Shown: one piece after another, positions 49,501-61,895 of the stretch
How positions within the stretch are numbered: position 1 is the first letter of the stretch
Layout: the number at the start of each line of letters is the position of its first letter
NCBI GenBank assembly: GCA_964035545.1
Contig: OZ037769.1
Coordinates: 10,446,633 to 10,510,632, forward strand
Length of the DNA: 64,000 nt
Direction of reading: 5' to 3'
Origin: Bugula neritina
Taxonomy: Eukaryota; Animalia; Bryozoa
Made by a program: the position numbers and the translations under genes
The notes under the pieces: generated by a model
What the model was told of the DNA's origin: nothing
Databases searched by the model: none
What the model saw: only the letters and a program-made list of their open reading frames with translations

Positions 49501-50997
49501 ACAAGACTGCGTAGGTGTGTTGATAGGCTATAAACATCAATGGGGTATTAGTATACTATTGTGGAATCATTTGGTACAAAAATGAATGTTATATAAAACT
49601 TTTATATGACTAAAGATGATTATATTTAGGTCGGAAATAATATAAAATGATATAAAAACTTTATTCTATTAAGAAGCAACAATTGGGCTTTGGTTGTATA
49701 CATATTGTTATATTGCATACATAATATAATATGGCATATGTAATTTACACACCATATACATACATGTAATATTACATACACCATTAAGTTGACTTTAAGT
49801 GTATAGTAATGTATGCTCTATGAGTGGCAATATGTATAGTAGCATGTATAGTAGTATGTGTAGTATTATTGTTATGATTTTGCGGTTTGTATGAAATAGA
49901 CTAAGTAGTCTGCATGCCAATGTTGTTATTTCTTGAATAAAAGTCTTTTGTAGGTTGCATTCAATAATCTTTATTAGTTCCTTCTTCTGCGAGCTCCAGT
50001 GTGATACTGATTTGCACTGGAAATGCTCGCCTTTATATATAGCAAAAATTTCCCCGCCACTATGGGGGTCCGAAACTCCGTCGAAGTTCGGAGTTCCGCC
50101 GGCCGAAGTCGGAAAGGATCTGTTTGAAATCATACAGATCCTTCCAAAATCGTACCTTTGGCTCCGAATTCGGCCGAGTTTCGGCTCACATACTCAATTA
50201 ATTAAACATACAAAAAATGTGGCGGGGGAAAACAACTTCGAATAAAAACAAATATGTGGTGTTAGTGCGTGCTTTTGATTTCTACTACATTATATACATA
50301 TAGTAGTATGTATAGCATGTATAGTAGTATGTATAGTATGTATAGTTTGTATAGTATTATGTATAGTAGTATGTGTGATAGCATGTATAGTAGTATGTAT
50401 AGTATGTATAGTTTGTATAATATTATGTATAGTAGTATGTGTGATAGCATGTGTGGTGGTAGCTATAGTAATGAGTTGTTGCTCTTAACATACTCATGAA
50501 TGTAAACATGGCAGCTGTATAACTATTTTTTATAACCAAATAATTATATTAGTTACATTTTTCTAGTTTTTACCTAAAATTGTCAAAGTTTCAATGATCT
50601 GTAAAGTAATTTTGTTAAAGAATCCATGAATAAAGTTTGTGTGTACACAAGGAATTGTACAGAATGTGAAGGTGATTTGAAATATATTTAGTACAAAGTT
50701 CAGAAAATTGCATCAAATTTGGCAGGTTTTAAAAACATTGGTGCAATGCTTGCAGATTTGTTTCATCATGAATTCAATGTGTTTATATTATTGTATTGAG
50801 CAGACGATGATGAACAGTGGTGTTGGGGAAGAGCTCTGGATGAAAGACCAACTCATCTGGTTGACCTGAAGTTTGTTGTTACAACTTCCTCTCTGCTAGA
50901 AGTTACTAATGCAGCAAAGAGTTACCTTGTATCACCTGGTGCTGCCTTACTCATCATCACCGGCTTTTTCCTTAAAGCTGTGTATAACACCTACTAG
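46583..50997 (+). CDS. Uncharacterised secreted / probable GPI-anchored Cys-containing protein, 224 aa
   Basis: Exons 46583-46716, 47461-47590, 47833-47895, 48417-48570 and 50804-50997 are all GT-AG and phase-consistent (675 nt). Hydrophobic N-terminus (CTVLMVMLIPIALS|Q), 8 Cys in the mature part, and a C-terminal small-residue site followed by a hydrophobic tail (TNAAKSYLVSPGAALLIITGFFLKAVYNTY*). Confidence 0.78.
47054..47229 (+). mobile_element. tRNA-derived SINE, copy 2 (internal deletion of about 35 bp in the head)
   Basis: Reverse-complement similarity to 40851-41068 (..ATCAGGGGTTTCTCACAGG.ATAGTGACTATAAACTTG.GTGA). Perfect 15-bp TSD ATTTCTCATTAAAAA at 47039-47053 and 47230-47244. Confidence 0.85.
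48571..48851 (+). repeat. 38-bp tandem repeat (7 full copies plus a partial) duplicating an exon-intron junction
   Basis: Unit GTATAGTCTTACTTTCCGCCCTCCAGCTAGTAGTTCAG at 48571, 48609, 48647, 48685, 48723, 48761, 48799 and 48837. Confidence 0.97.
50050..50230. repeat. GC-rich foldback (nested inverted repeat) element
   Basis: Paired arms CCCCGCCAC/GTGGCGGGG, CCGAAACTCCGTCGAAGTTCGGAG/CTCCGAATTCGGCCGAGTTTCGG and AAGGATCTGT/ACAGATCCTT around a centre near 50127. Confidence 0.8.
50298..50455. repeat. GTATAGT-type low-complexity repeat with a 66-bp higher-order unit
   Basis: Visible duplication; a related tract lies at about 49800-49870. Confidence 0.8.
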
Positions 50998-52604
50998 TAT
51001 ATTTCTAAACTCGTATGGCTTAAAATTGTTGCAATTTGAGCAACCTTTAGTTCACTATTCATGCAAATTTGCTGAGCTTTTTAAGTTTCACTGAAATGTT
51101 TAACAACAAACAGAATATATAGAAAAACAGAGCTCAAACTTAATCTGAGACTTTTGCTTTATTATTAATTTTTTTAGCCAATTGTTTTTACAAGCGACCA
51201 TCTATTTTTAACAATTCATTTATTTTAAAATGTGTCTCTATGTAACTTTATATAACTCACATCCATGATCTGCACACATATTTATTAACTACATAAAAAA
51301 CACAGAGCTGTAAACATTATGCCAAGCATTTATTTTTGTCACATAATTGAACAATATAAATAATTTGAGAAGTAAGATCCTTTAGATATACAAATAATTT
51401 TCTGTTTTCTTAGCATCGTTTAGATCTAGATGGATTTCTTCTCCTGCTAGGACTCCTAAGAGGTTTGGTTGGAAAAGGTCTTTTAATTGAAACTTCGGTC
51501 CTAGCCTAACGCATGCACAAATTAAACTTTATATTTTTCTGTACAAAACACTGTTTATCTATTCTATAAAAAGAGTAAGTCTGTTAAAGTTGACAGTGTT
51601 TAATTTTCAAAAAAAAATTATCATGCTTCACTTTAACTTCTGGGCTCAAGGAAATCCAGTTGCAAATCAAAGCTTCTTATAATAATTATCAGTTATATGT
51701 GGAGTAATCTCAGTCCGACTGCAGCCAGTTTAGTCGGGAGTTATCTTTCTAATAATTTAAATTTCTCAGAGTTGTCTCCTCTTTGTGATACCAATTTTTT
51801 AAGGGTTTTAAATTCATAAATCTAGGTTACCGGTCTATTGATTACAAAAGCTACATTATTCATATGAAGATAAGATTCTTATTATTTACAACACAGCTGT
51901 AATTTTTCTTTCAATTTGTTGCAAATTTTACCTGTTTAAAATTATCCATTCATGTATTATAATAATGCATTGTCTTACTTTCCTTACAATTAAAAATGAT
52001 AAATTGTTCAACACAAATATTGATGAAACTAGTTGCACATATTAATTTCCTGAATAGTGAGTAAAGCAATTAAATTTTTTGCAGGTAACCTACTTTTTAT
52101 CTTTTGAGGGTGCACTAGCAAGCTGCTTAGCATATATACCAAGTTTAAGTTAATACAAAAAGTTGAACAGATGGATTGTCTTACACTGACTGCGTTTTTA
52201 CTTTAATTGTTTTAAACTGGCTGTACTCAGACTGAGAATAATTCATGGAAATCTATGATTGAGTCAAAGCAGCTAGAGCCTAGGGGGATTATAATCATTA
52301 GAAATCTTTGGCATTGCATGGCATGTCATGACACATTATGACATGACATGTCATTATGGCATGTGACATAACAAGACACAGTATGACACAGCATGACAAG
52401 TTATGAGATGTTATGGCCTATATTATGGCATAGCCTGATATAGCAAGTGGAAAATATTGAAACCATATAATTCAAGTATAATTTTGACTAGTTATCCAAA
52501 ATTCAATAATAATATAGTTGTTTTCAACCCTTATTTTATTGATGAATGCTACATTTGCTTGCACAGTGCATGGCAACAAATAACACTCAAAGCACAATTA
52601 AGCA

Positions 52605-53339
52605 CTAGCATTTGATGTAAGAGTTATTTTTAGAAGCCGATGGCCTAGAGGTAGTTTTCCTGTGCCTTGAACTGGATCTGCTACGATTGTTAGTGTGTGG
52701 CTCTGGTCTCATGTATGGCAAGTAACGACAGTGCGCTCTTACTGGTGCATACCCTCCAAGTGGTTTCTCTCTGCAGTGTCTCATCACTCTAGTCTGCTTA
52801 GTGTTACACGCAGATTTTCTCTTTCTCTTGACTCTTGGTGGTGTATCTCCTCCACTCACCATGTTAGCTTCTTCACTTTCATTATTTGGCACTTCCTCGG
52901 TCTCTTCAGCAGTTGTTTCAAAAACCTCTTCTACTGGAGATTCTTTTTCGACTGCCTCACTCTCATTGTCTGAAAACTCGGCATTGTCTTCGCCATCTGT
53001 GTCTCCAGCCTCTTCATCAGATGTATCTACCTCGACTCGTACAGCGACCAGTTTCTTAGTCCAAGATGGACAGTGGCAAGCTGCTTCCATCTCCAAACAG
53101 TTCATACATTGTCGGGGAAAGCAAGACTCCTGATTGGTGCTTTCTCTTCCGAGAGAGTCCGTGAAAGCTTGCACGGGAGTTGGTAAAAATCGACCAACAC
53201 CATTGCCTCCCTCACCTTCAGCATTGCCAATTTTAACGCAAGGAAACATGTTGACTATAATGAAAAAGACGACTAGCACAGTCGCCTCCAACCAGTAGCC
53301 TGGGTTTGAAAATAGGTCATCTATCCCGAGCGCCATCAT
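52605..53339 (-). CDS. Intronless orphan ORF, 244 aa from the first ATG (one TM-like segment, Cys cluster, acidic tract, NLS-like and Arg/Ser-rich tail)
   Basis: 735-nt open frame in AT-rich DNA, with non-repetitive, modular composition. AATAAA on the minus strand at 52540-52535 and a candidate 5'UTR acceptor near 53453. No family recognised. Confidence 0.6.
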   Translation of the reverse strand: MMALGIDDLFSNPGYWLEATVLVVFFIIVNMFPCVKIGNAEGEGGNGVGRFLPTPVQAFTDSLGRESTNQESCFPRQCMNCLEMEAACHCPSWTKKLVAVRVEVDTSDEEAGDTDGEDNAEFSDNESEAVEKESPVEEVFETTAEETEEVPNNESEEANMVSGGDTPPRVKRKRKSACNTKQTRVMRHCREKPLGGYAPVRAHCRYLPYMRPEPHTNNRSRSSSRHRKTTSRPSASKNNSYIKC

Positions 53340-55081
53340 ACCAGTCACCTCAAATGTTTTAGCCCCTCGCCCAACCAGAGCTACGGCACCTTTGAGCAGC
53401 GTAGCCACTTTGGGTAAGCAGATTTGTGCGAGTAGTTAGAGCAAATGTAGCACTACAAAGAAAGCTATTGTAAAGCGGACATGACAAGTACTAGACACAG
53501 ACATAAACATACACATTTACTATACTGACCCTAACAGCTACACCGCATGCCAGCATTCGTGTAATTATTGGCAGCACTTTGTAGTAGAGTACAGTTCCCA
53601 TGACAATTAAAAATATTGTGTAAGGCAAGCACAGTGGACTTGTCATTCTGTATATAAGATTTTTAGTCATCAAGTAGGGATCCATTCTGCTCTGTGTGCT
53701 AACCAACCTAAAGAGGAAACGTTTCATGTGCTTCTATAAACCTAACCCTTTGACTTGGTTCAGATTATCATGCCTATGTATTTAATGGCTTGGAACTAAG
53801 CAGGCATAAGCCCGGTGTTACTAACCTATTGTCAAGATTTCATATATATATCTTTTGAGAAGATTTGAAGGTTGTACTTTATAACATATAAAGTCACTAC
53901 CAATATAAAGGAGACTCTGCTAATGTATAACTATGGTCGATCATGCATAACAACAATTATTTTTTCATCTCAATTTCATTTTAACAAAAACTTTTGAATA
54001 CTTCGAAATTAAAGAATATCTTCAAACCTTGCTATAGCTACTTTTGAAAAGTTGTCTTCTACATGACATAATTCTTTCTAAGCCTTCTAGGTAGAACGCA
54101 TGCGCAGGCAAATAGTACATGTATTGAGTATATTAAAAAGATGAGAGAAAGTAAAACTATTTTACACTTGTTCTCAATGGAAAGTTCCTTTGATTTGAGC
54201 TAACTGTAGTCGAGTCAGTATTTTAGCTTTTAAATTATGTAATTTCATGAGTAGGCAAAAGTACTGTACTCTGACCATGCAATAAAAACCCAATTCAATA
54301 GATTCCATTGCTTATATTTGTCATAGGTGTTCCTTATAGTAAAACCTTTTCAGTTTGGTGGTTGCATGGGGAAGTTTTTACCATGATTACATGTATGCGT
54401 TTGGTTTTTATGCAGGTAAAAAGTTTAAACACAAACTATAAATAAAATTTATAAAAGAGTTTGTGATATTAAATGTTTGATAAGGAATTAGTCAGTAGAA
54501 CTGAGGTTACTCACTTTGCTAGAGAAGATTTGTACAGACCAGCTGTTGTTATATTCTAAAATATGTTTACTGCCAATGAAGCCATTATTTAGTAGCAATT
54601 GTTATCACATTTTTTAAATTTTTGCTGGTCATGATTATATTATTATGAAACTGCAGAACAATTTGTTCAATTTTTTTGTTATCGGCATATTATCATTACT
54701 ATACGCTTTAAATGAAAATTTAGATAAATTGTATAACAATTTAAACTATTTTATGATATTGATATGAAAATGCAATATAATATTTTTATAAAAAAGATAT
54801 ATTTGTTAGGTAACAAATTTAAAAACTTTAAATAAAATGTGGTACAGTATAATTTAATGAGAATGAAAAAGGCATCTGCTTTAAAAGTAAAAAAATTAAC
54901 ATAAATAATGCATAAAAAAACTTTTGAAATTCAACATGTAACTAAGTTAAGCAAATTAGGCAATATATCACCATCAAAATTTTAGTAAACTTGCATAGAC
55001 AATTGATATAGAATGTGTTACATCTCGAACACACGACATGTTCAACACCTCCGAAAGTAGCTGTGCCACACAGCATTGCCA

Positions 55082-58000
55082 CTAATTTTCCACAACCACT
55101 TTAGGGTTTAACTTGTGTAGTTCCTCTACTAAGACTCCTTTGATGCCATAAATCTGGAGTTTGCGTAAAGGAGCGGATGAAGATACCAAGTCACGGACAC
55201 CTGCTTCATTGATACTGCAGAAGTTCAACTTCAAGTCAGTCATGTGACCTGAGGTGGCTGCTATGATCTCTAGAGAACTGTTTGTGATGGGGTTGGCACT
55301 GACATCTAAACTCTGCAACATCCTGCAGTTATGCAACAAAGTACTCAAAGACACATCCGTCACGCACTCCTTGCAAGAACTAACCTCTAAAGTCTTCAAA
55401 TTACTGAGCCCGCACGAGATTTCAACAAGCGACTTTTGGGTTAGGCTGCTGCATTGGGATAGAACAAGTTGCTCAAGTTTAGGACAACTTTTCACGATTT
55501 GTCTCAAACAACTGTCTCTTAGCTGCTTCATGCTCTTCATATTCAAGCTTTTCAGCAGCGGAAGTTGACTTAGACTGTGCATTACTTGACTAGAGCTGAA
55601 TCTGTGGCATTGACCTACATTTAGTGTTTCAAGTTGTTTGCAGCTGGCTAACCGTGACAGAGTAGAGTTACTAAGTTTAAAACAGCCTTGAACTTCTAAC
55701 TGATGCAGTTGATGACATACACTTTCTAACACTTGTAATAAACTGGAATCGGTTATCATTTGGTTGCCGTTTAGTAGAAGGCATGTGACATTGTTTAAAC
55801 TTTCTGCGACCAACTCGATATCTCGATCAGAAAGGTTACACCAGGAGATGTCTAAGTATCGGATGTTTGGGCAATGAAGGAGAGCGTGATGTAGCAATAC
55901 CTCCCCAGTCATGGGGGACATCACACAGCTGGCTGTTGATAGATGATTCAGACTTTTACCAAGACTGGAAAACATTTCTCGCATCCCCTTATTGGAAACA
56001 CTTAGGCCATTCAGTTTGACTCCAGCACACTGGTTGATTGACAAGCGCTCCGGTTTCAAAGCTCCAATTTTTACCAGCTCTTCATCCGACAGCTCCTTTT
56101 TGTATAAATTGATTTTAGTCCAAAGACTTCTATCATGAGAGATCCTATTAAAGTCATGGCATGTGAGCATAAAAGAGTGGAGATCAGACAAAGGTAGACA
56201 AGAGAGAATGTGCAGCCATATTTCTTCTGGAAGACACTGCCAAATAGACAAATCACCGGCTTGTATCCGAGGAGACAACTCTCTATACACATCGTAAGTT
56301 CGTAATGCTATGTCATTGAAACACTTGCTATCGTAACTAGTCAGTTGATCGGTTGCTGGGAGTTGCTGAAACTGTTGGGAAGAAAAAAGCTCCTTCTTTC
56401 TACTCTGCTGTTGGACTCTTCTTTTAATTTCTTTAGCAATTTCCTTTGGCTTCTTCTGAACTCTTAACTTAATTTCTCTGGCGATCTGTTTAGTTTGGGA
56501 AGTGTCAGCCGGTGCAGGCTTTAAGGGCAATCCAGATGTTGACACTGAATTCGGAACAGCAGCTGACTTGGGTTTAGTTGACGTCGATTTAGAAAGTTTT
56601 GACTTTACTGACTTCTGTTTAGATTTTGTTAGTTTCGGTGACAGCAGATTTAGATCTATAGGAGGAACTAAATCGATATCTCCATTCGCCACCCGATTAG
56701 GAAATGGTGGAGAAAAGTGAGGATTCTGCAAAATGTAATGAATTTATCTTGTAATCAACAAGAATTGAGGTATAGTAGGTGTAGTAATGAATAAATGGGG
56801 AAAAGCCTGTGTTTTAGAAAACAAATGTAGCAAAAACATGATGCTCTTTTGATAATTTTCGCCAGAGCCCCCCAAACTAAAACTCAGAGAGAAAATTACA
56901 GAATGTAGACAATTAAAGTTTCTCAGTTACTGCACCTAAATATCTGCAAGTGGGCAAACAACAAAAAAACAAAACTATATTTGCCACAAGTTTTATTGAG
57001 AACAGGTTCTACTATCTTCTTCACCAAACTGCAAACCTCACCAGTAGATTACCCATGCTGACGAATTTTTTGAAAATAATATATTATTGTGGGCACAAAG
57101 GTGCACTAATTGCGCCCCTAAAAATGCTGCCTCTTAGTCTAGGCAATAAAATATAAGCTTGGTCACCACAAAGAACTAGCAAACCTGTTCTACTCTTAAT
57201 GGTGATCGAGCAGAACGGATACAATAGAAACAATGAGATTTGCAGTCTAACAGAAAAACCTTCACTCTGACATTAAAATATGCTAAAACAATATCAAAAT
57301 TATATTCTGAAATTACCAAAGCTTACCCATACTTTATCTTTTGGTGAGTTTGTTTTCTTAACCACATCATCCACAAACTGTGGTTCACATTGCTCATTTA
57401 GCTTTAGAGTTCGAGATGTCGTTGGAGTTGTAAAGCCATTTCCATTACCAAGTAATAAAGTTCCTTTTTCAGTTTCTTTCTCAATTACAGGAATCTGAAA
57501 TGACATCATAAGAGGCCACGTCATTAACATACTGCCAAAAGCGAATGTTTCAGCTTTAAAGAATAAACACATGTCATGCAATACCTGGGTGCATTATTAG
57601 CAAAATTATTTTTAGTTACTTATGCAGGCAGACTTAAGGAAAGTACAGGCAGCATAAGAAGAACATATATTCACTTACTGGGGGAACCGGAGAACTATCA
57701 CTGCATTCTCCAGAAAGAGAGAGAGCAGAACTAGAATGACTAGTTGAATGACTAACTTCACCTGAAGTCTGCAAATACATAACCACTTATACAATATCAG
57801 GGTTAGATTAAACAACTTTATTCAATTAAGCCAGACAGCAAAAAGCATTTTTATAACACACAAAGTAATGTTAGCTTAGTGAGACCACCATAAATGAAAC
57901 ACCTGTCTAAGAAATTGATAGCTTGACTGGAACTTAGTATCTAGTACTATCATTTCTATTAATGGTAAAATTAGATTACATCGTGCACAGGATAATTGCT

Positions 58001-59910
58001 AGTTCCTTGAGTATATTATTAAAATTAATTTATGAGTTTGAAGAAAGCGCATACAATAAAAAAGTTATTGTTTTTCTAAAATTGTGGTGTAGTGGCACGA
58101 GCTCCAAAAGGTATAAATTCGCATACTATGCATCATTTTCATTAGAATTACTTTAGTATTCATAGTGAAAGTACAGACTGTGAGTGAGTAAGTTACAAAA
58201 AGAGTATTAAAATTTAAGTCAGTTCACTGAGCAACATATTAAAAATGGTGCCTATTATACCTAATGTGCATTTAGTTTAGGAACAAAGACTTTGATTTAT
58301 TCATTCAAGAATATTAAAGTGGAAGATGGATTATAAATGATCAGTTTTTTTGGTAAAGTCAAAATGATTAAGTTTTAGATTGAAAGTCTAGGGTGACAGC
58401 TTTTAAAGTCATCAAACTATTATAGGAGCTAAAAATTTATGACTTTCGACTTTCAAGCAGTGCATTTAAAGCTAAACTGATTATCTCGAGCTAGTAAGAG
58501 CTACTTAGGGGTGCTCATAGAGTTGAATAAATCTGTCTGCAGGTTTTCTTGCTCGATCACAAGTTCTGCTAAACTATTTTGTTCGTATTGTAAATAAAAA
58601 AGTTTTAAACTGCAGTTAAACAATTTACAGCTACACAACATATATCATGTATCTATTTCCAGGTAGAAACTTTATGCTTTTCATAACTTAATACAAACGT
58701 AAAAACTTTCTATAGAGTAAAATATAGTATGGCCTCTTACCAAAACATTGGAAAAGTTGAGCTCAGCTTCTTTTGAGCCAACCCAGGTATCTACAAGAGG
58801 GTCTTTAATGTCACTAATGTACTCCTTTTCTTTTACAGTACTTTTGAAAGTATCTTCCATTTGAAGCTGTTGGTTCAACTGATTACCATCAGAAACTGAA
58901 GAAGTGAAGTCCATATTTGACATCTTTGGTGAAGTGCCACATTTGTCAGAAGAATTTTGCTGCAGCTCCGATTCTGAATCACTAGAGCAACTATACGAAG
59001 GATAACTACGGATAGCGTCTTCAAATGTGCAGAGCTTAATTCCGTTCTCCTCCAGCAATGAGGGCGACAACCATGCATTTATAGGATGGTAAGAGTCAAC
59101 AACAGAAGAACTTGGTAGTCTATCGCTGCTTAAAGAGATGCAATCACTCGTATACTTTTTCTCAGTTTCTTTCTGTGTATACAAAATAGTGCTGGCGTCA
59201 GTTTTGTCCTGTTCCAACGAAGACTCTAATTTAATATCTTTGCCTGTTTTAGATGGGGAATAATTTTCATTATGATCACAATCCTTTAAATGCTTCATAT
59301 TTCTACTAGACTTTGTCTTACTACTAGTACTAGCAGAGGAAGTTGACTTATAGCTATTATTAATGTTTGAGTCATAAGCACGAGAATGTTCATTTGAGTC
59401 GTTAAAAAAACCCGTTGACACGCTACCTTTCTGTAGTTGTGGTACATCTTTTACATTTGCTTTGCCATAGATGTCTTTAGCTAGATAAGATACATTAACG
59501 CGTTTGGTCTTTTGCTCGTAGTTATGATTAGTTGCGGTTGGAAGCTCCCACCAATCGTTGAGATCGCCTATGTTGGGGCGGTTGGAACACTCAGAAAGTT
59601 CTTTAAACAAATTGTTGGTGGCTAGCAAAGAAGTATTTTGTACCTGATTGTCGTTTTCATATTGAGATCCTAAGAATGATAGCTTCTTTTTCTGGCAGCC
59701 ATACGGTGTATCAAAATCATGGTGATAATCAGAGCAATACTTGGAGTTAGCTTTATACTCGCAATCACGTCCAGATGACAGTGGGAAATGAGATGATAGT
59801 ACACTGGGTCTGTGAGTACGCAGTCCTAGCTCTACACTATACTCTCTTATTTTATTTTGGTGAACTTTGTGTCTACTCAATCTACAACTACTAGTATTAG
59901 ACATGTCCAT
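55082..59910 (-). CDS. F-box/LRR-repeat (FBXL-type) protein, about 1023 aa
   Basis: Exons 59910-58741, 57768-57679, 57494-57327 and 56725-55082, all phase 0 GT-AG. F-box LPEEIWLHILSCLPLSDLHSFMLTCHDFNRISHDRSLW, followed by Cys-containing LRRs (e.g. CPNIRYLDISWCNLSD, CPKLEQLVLSQCSSLT). Confidence 0.9.
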
Positions 59911-60656
59911 TTAATTTTAAGCAATGACACGCGTAGGATTCGAGGCCGCCATTTTCAAAACACCGATTGTGACCATGACAATTATTCTACGCCCAAACAC
60001 TTTTTCGGAATTATCAACGAACCATCCATATAAAACACGACGTGTTTCAAGTACTTCACTGCGAATATATAAAATACCGACAACTCCTACTTATTTAGCT
60101 AAAATTATCTTCACACACAATATTATATATGCAGAAAAGCATTGTTGGTATTTGTGTATGCATTATGTAGCTCACTTATAGTAGACTAATCTTGAGCGTG
60201 CAACAAGTTTGATCGATTATAAATACAACAAAATAAAGTTGCTATTGCAGAAATTGTAAAGGTATTTGAACATTGAATGTCAATGCTAAACAATTGTTAT
60301 TTTGCTATACTGCTGTTCTTGCAGCCAACTCACAACAAATACATCAAAAGAACATGGCGAATATTACAGGTTTTCTTGCATAAGATTGCCAACAGATAAG
60401 AGATACGATATAGTTACAAATTACATATATTTATAGTATAGCAATACAACACTATGATAATAATAACAAAATGCATGAGTAACAGTCACTGTAAGTTATT
60501 ACATTACTTTGTGCAAAAATTCGTTTGGATAAATTACCAAACATTTGTATTTTCATTATATTGTGATAGATTTTAGTAGTGCAAGTATTATGGTATTAAT
60601 CGAAAAGGTTTACTCTATATTGTTTTATGTATCTTGTGAGTTCGACACTGTCGGAG

Positions 60657-60970
60657 TGTAGCTATGGGCAGTAGTGGCACCATTAGTAGCCACCAATCAG
60701 GACAATGACATTAATTGATAGCAGGTGGAGCTAGCTACTCGTAGTTGCAGTGCGCTGAGTAGCTAGCCGGCAGAGCAGCTTGGGACTTCATTTAGAACAG
60801 TTGTGTATTAAAGCTCACTAATTATGTAATCGTTTCTATTCATGCTAGCAGTAAATAACCTACTTGTATTTGTGTAAATAATAAAGTATCTTATCGTAAA
60901 CAACCTGTCGCAGTGGCTTTGATTAAGTAGACCCACAAATAATAATAGTGAACTGGCAAAATTCACTACA
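60657..60970 (+). repeat. 5' LTR (about 314 bp)
   Basis: TGTAG...CTACA inverted ends and AATAAA near 60880, with the PBS immediately downstream. The left boundary is inferred because the 3' LTR is outside the window. Confidence 0.75.
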
Positions 60971-60971
60971 C

Positions 60972-60989
60972 TGGTGGCAGCGGTGGGAT
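60972..60989 (+). promoter_or_regulatory. Primer-binding site complementary to the tRNA-Leu 3' end
   Basis: TGGTGGCAGCGGTGGGAT is the reverse complement of ATCCCACCGCTGCCACCA (tRNA-Leu AAG-type 3' end plus CCA). Confidence 0.9.
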
Positions 60990-61025
60990 CTCACTTAATA
61001 CAAATGCCCCTAGTCAGGGAGTAAG

Positions 61026-61895
61026 ATGGCCGACGAAGTCGTCGACGCGCCCCGACAGGAGCCAGCAGCAATAGAGGAGGATCACATAGGCGGCCCAGCG
61101 CTGCCTATGGACAGGTACCACTTGCGGGCTCCCACCTTCTCTGGAGAAGAAGATGTGGAGCAATTCATCACTGAGTTCAGTGATGTGGCGGACATCTGCG
61201 GATGGCCGAACAGGGTTACTCTGATCCAGCTGCGGTTGTGTCTGACAGGGCCGGCTAAACCCTATGGGATAAGCCAGAATGTCGGTGACATATTTGAAGC
61301 AATACGAGCTAGGTTTGGATTAACCGCTCGAGATGCTCGCGTGCAACTGCAGAGTCTTAGGAGAAATCCTAAGACCAATCTGCGAGAGCACGCTACCGTA
61401 GTCGAACGACTGGCACAAGTTGCTTACAGCGACTTGCCTGCCGATGGTCGACAGAGCCTAGCACTGGATGCATTCCTCCAGTCTATTAACAACCTCGGTC
61501 TTAAACAGCATCTGCTGGTGGCCGAAGTTGAGACTATGGAGAGAGCTCTAAGACTTGGGAATGCCTATTTCCAAGCCGACAGTGCAAGTCGACCTGGCGC
61601 GACAGTACAGCAAGTCGGGGCAGACGACGTGTCGACGTCGTCAACGAAGACAGCTGTACAAGTCGCAGCGGCAGCAGCAGACGAATCTAGCTTAACCACG
61701 AGCTTGATTCGAGAACTGCTCGCCGAGTTCAGGCAACTGCGCCAGCAGGCGACAGCCGAGAGACCCAAGAGGTCGTCGGTAGCTGTCGCCGACAGGCACG
61801 GCCCCGTATGCTGGGGCTGTGGTAGTGGTGGGCACTTCCTACGAAGTTGCCCCCGCGGCAGTGGGAGGCGGTTAAACAGCGACGGCCCACGGTAA
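61026..61895 (+). CDS. gag: Gypsy Gag (capsid-like region plus CCHC zinc knuckle), 289 aa
   Basis: PTFSGEEDVEQFITEF...W..L.GPA capsid-like motif; CWGCGSGGHFLRSC is a CX2CX4HX4C knuckle. Confidence 0.93.
   Translation: MADEVVDAPRQEPAAIEEDHIGGPALPMDRYHLRAPTFSGEEDVEQFITEFSDVADICGWPNRVTLIQLRLCLTGPAKPYGISQNVGDIFEAIRARFGLTARDARVQLQSLRRNPKTNLREHATVVERLAQVAYSDLPADGRQSLALDAFLQSINNLGLKQHLLVAEVETMERALRLGNAYFQADSASRPGATVQQVGADDVSTSSTKTAVQVAAAAADESSLTTSLIRELLAEFRQLRQQATAERPKRSSVAVADRHGPVCWGCGSGGHFLRSCPRGSGRRLNSDGPR

Noticed and set aside
53491-53727. 78-aa ORF as an upstream coding exon of the orphan gene
   Set aside because: After the acceptor near 53453 all three frames reach a stop before joining the 244-aa ORF.
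55254-56720. Short ORFs overlapping the FBXL exon
   Set aside because: Antisense or alternative-frame shadows of a real exon.
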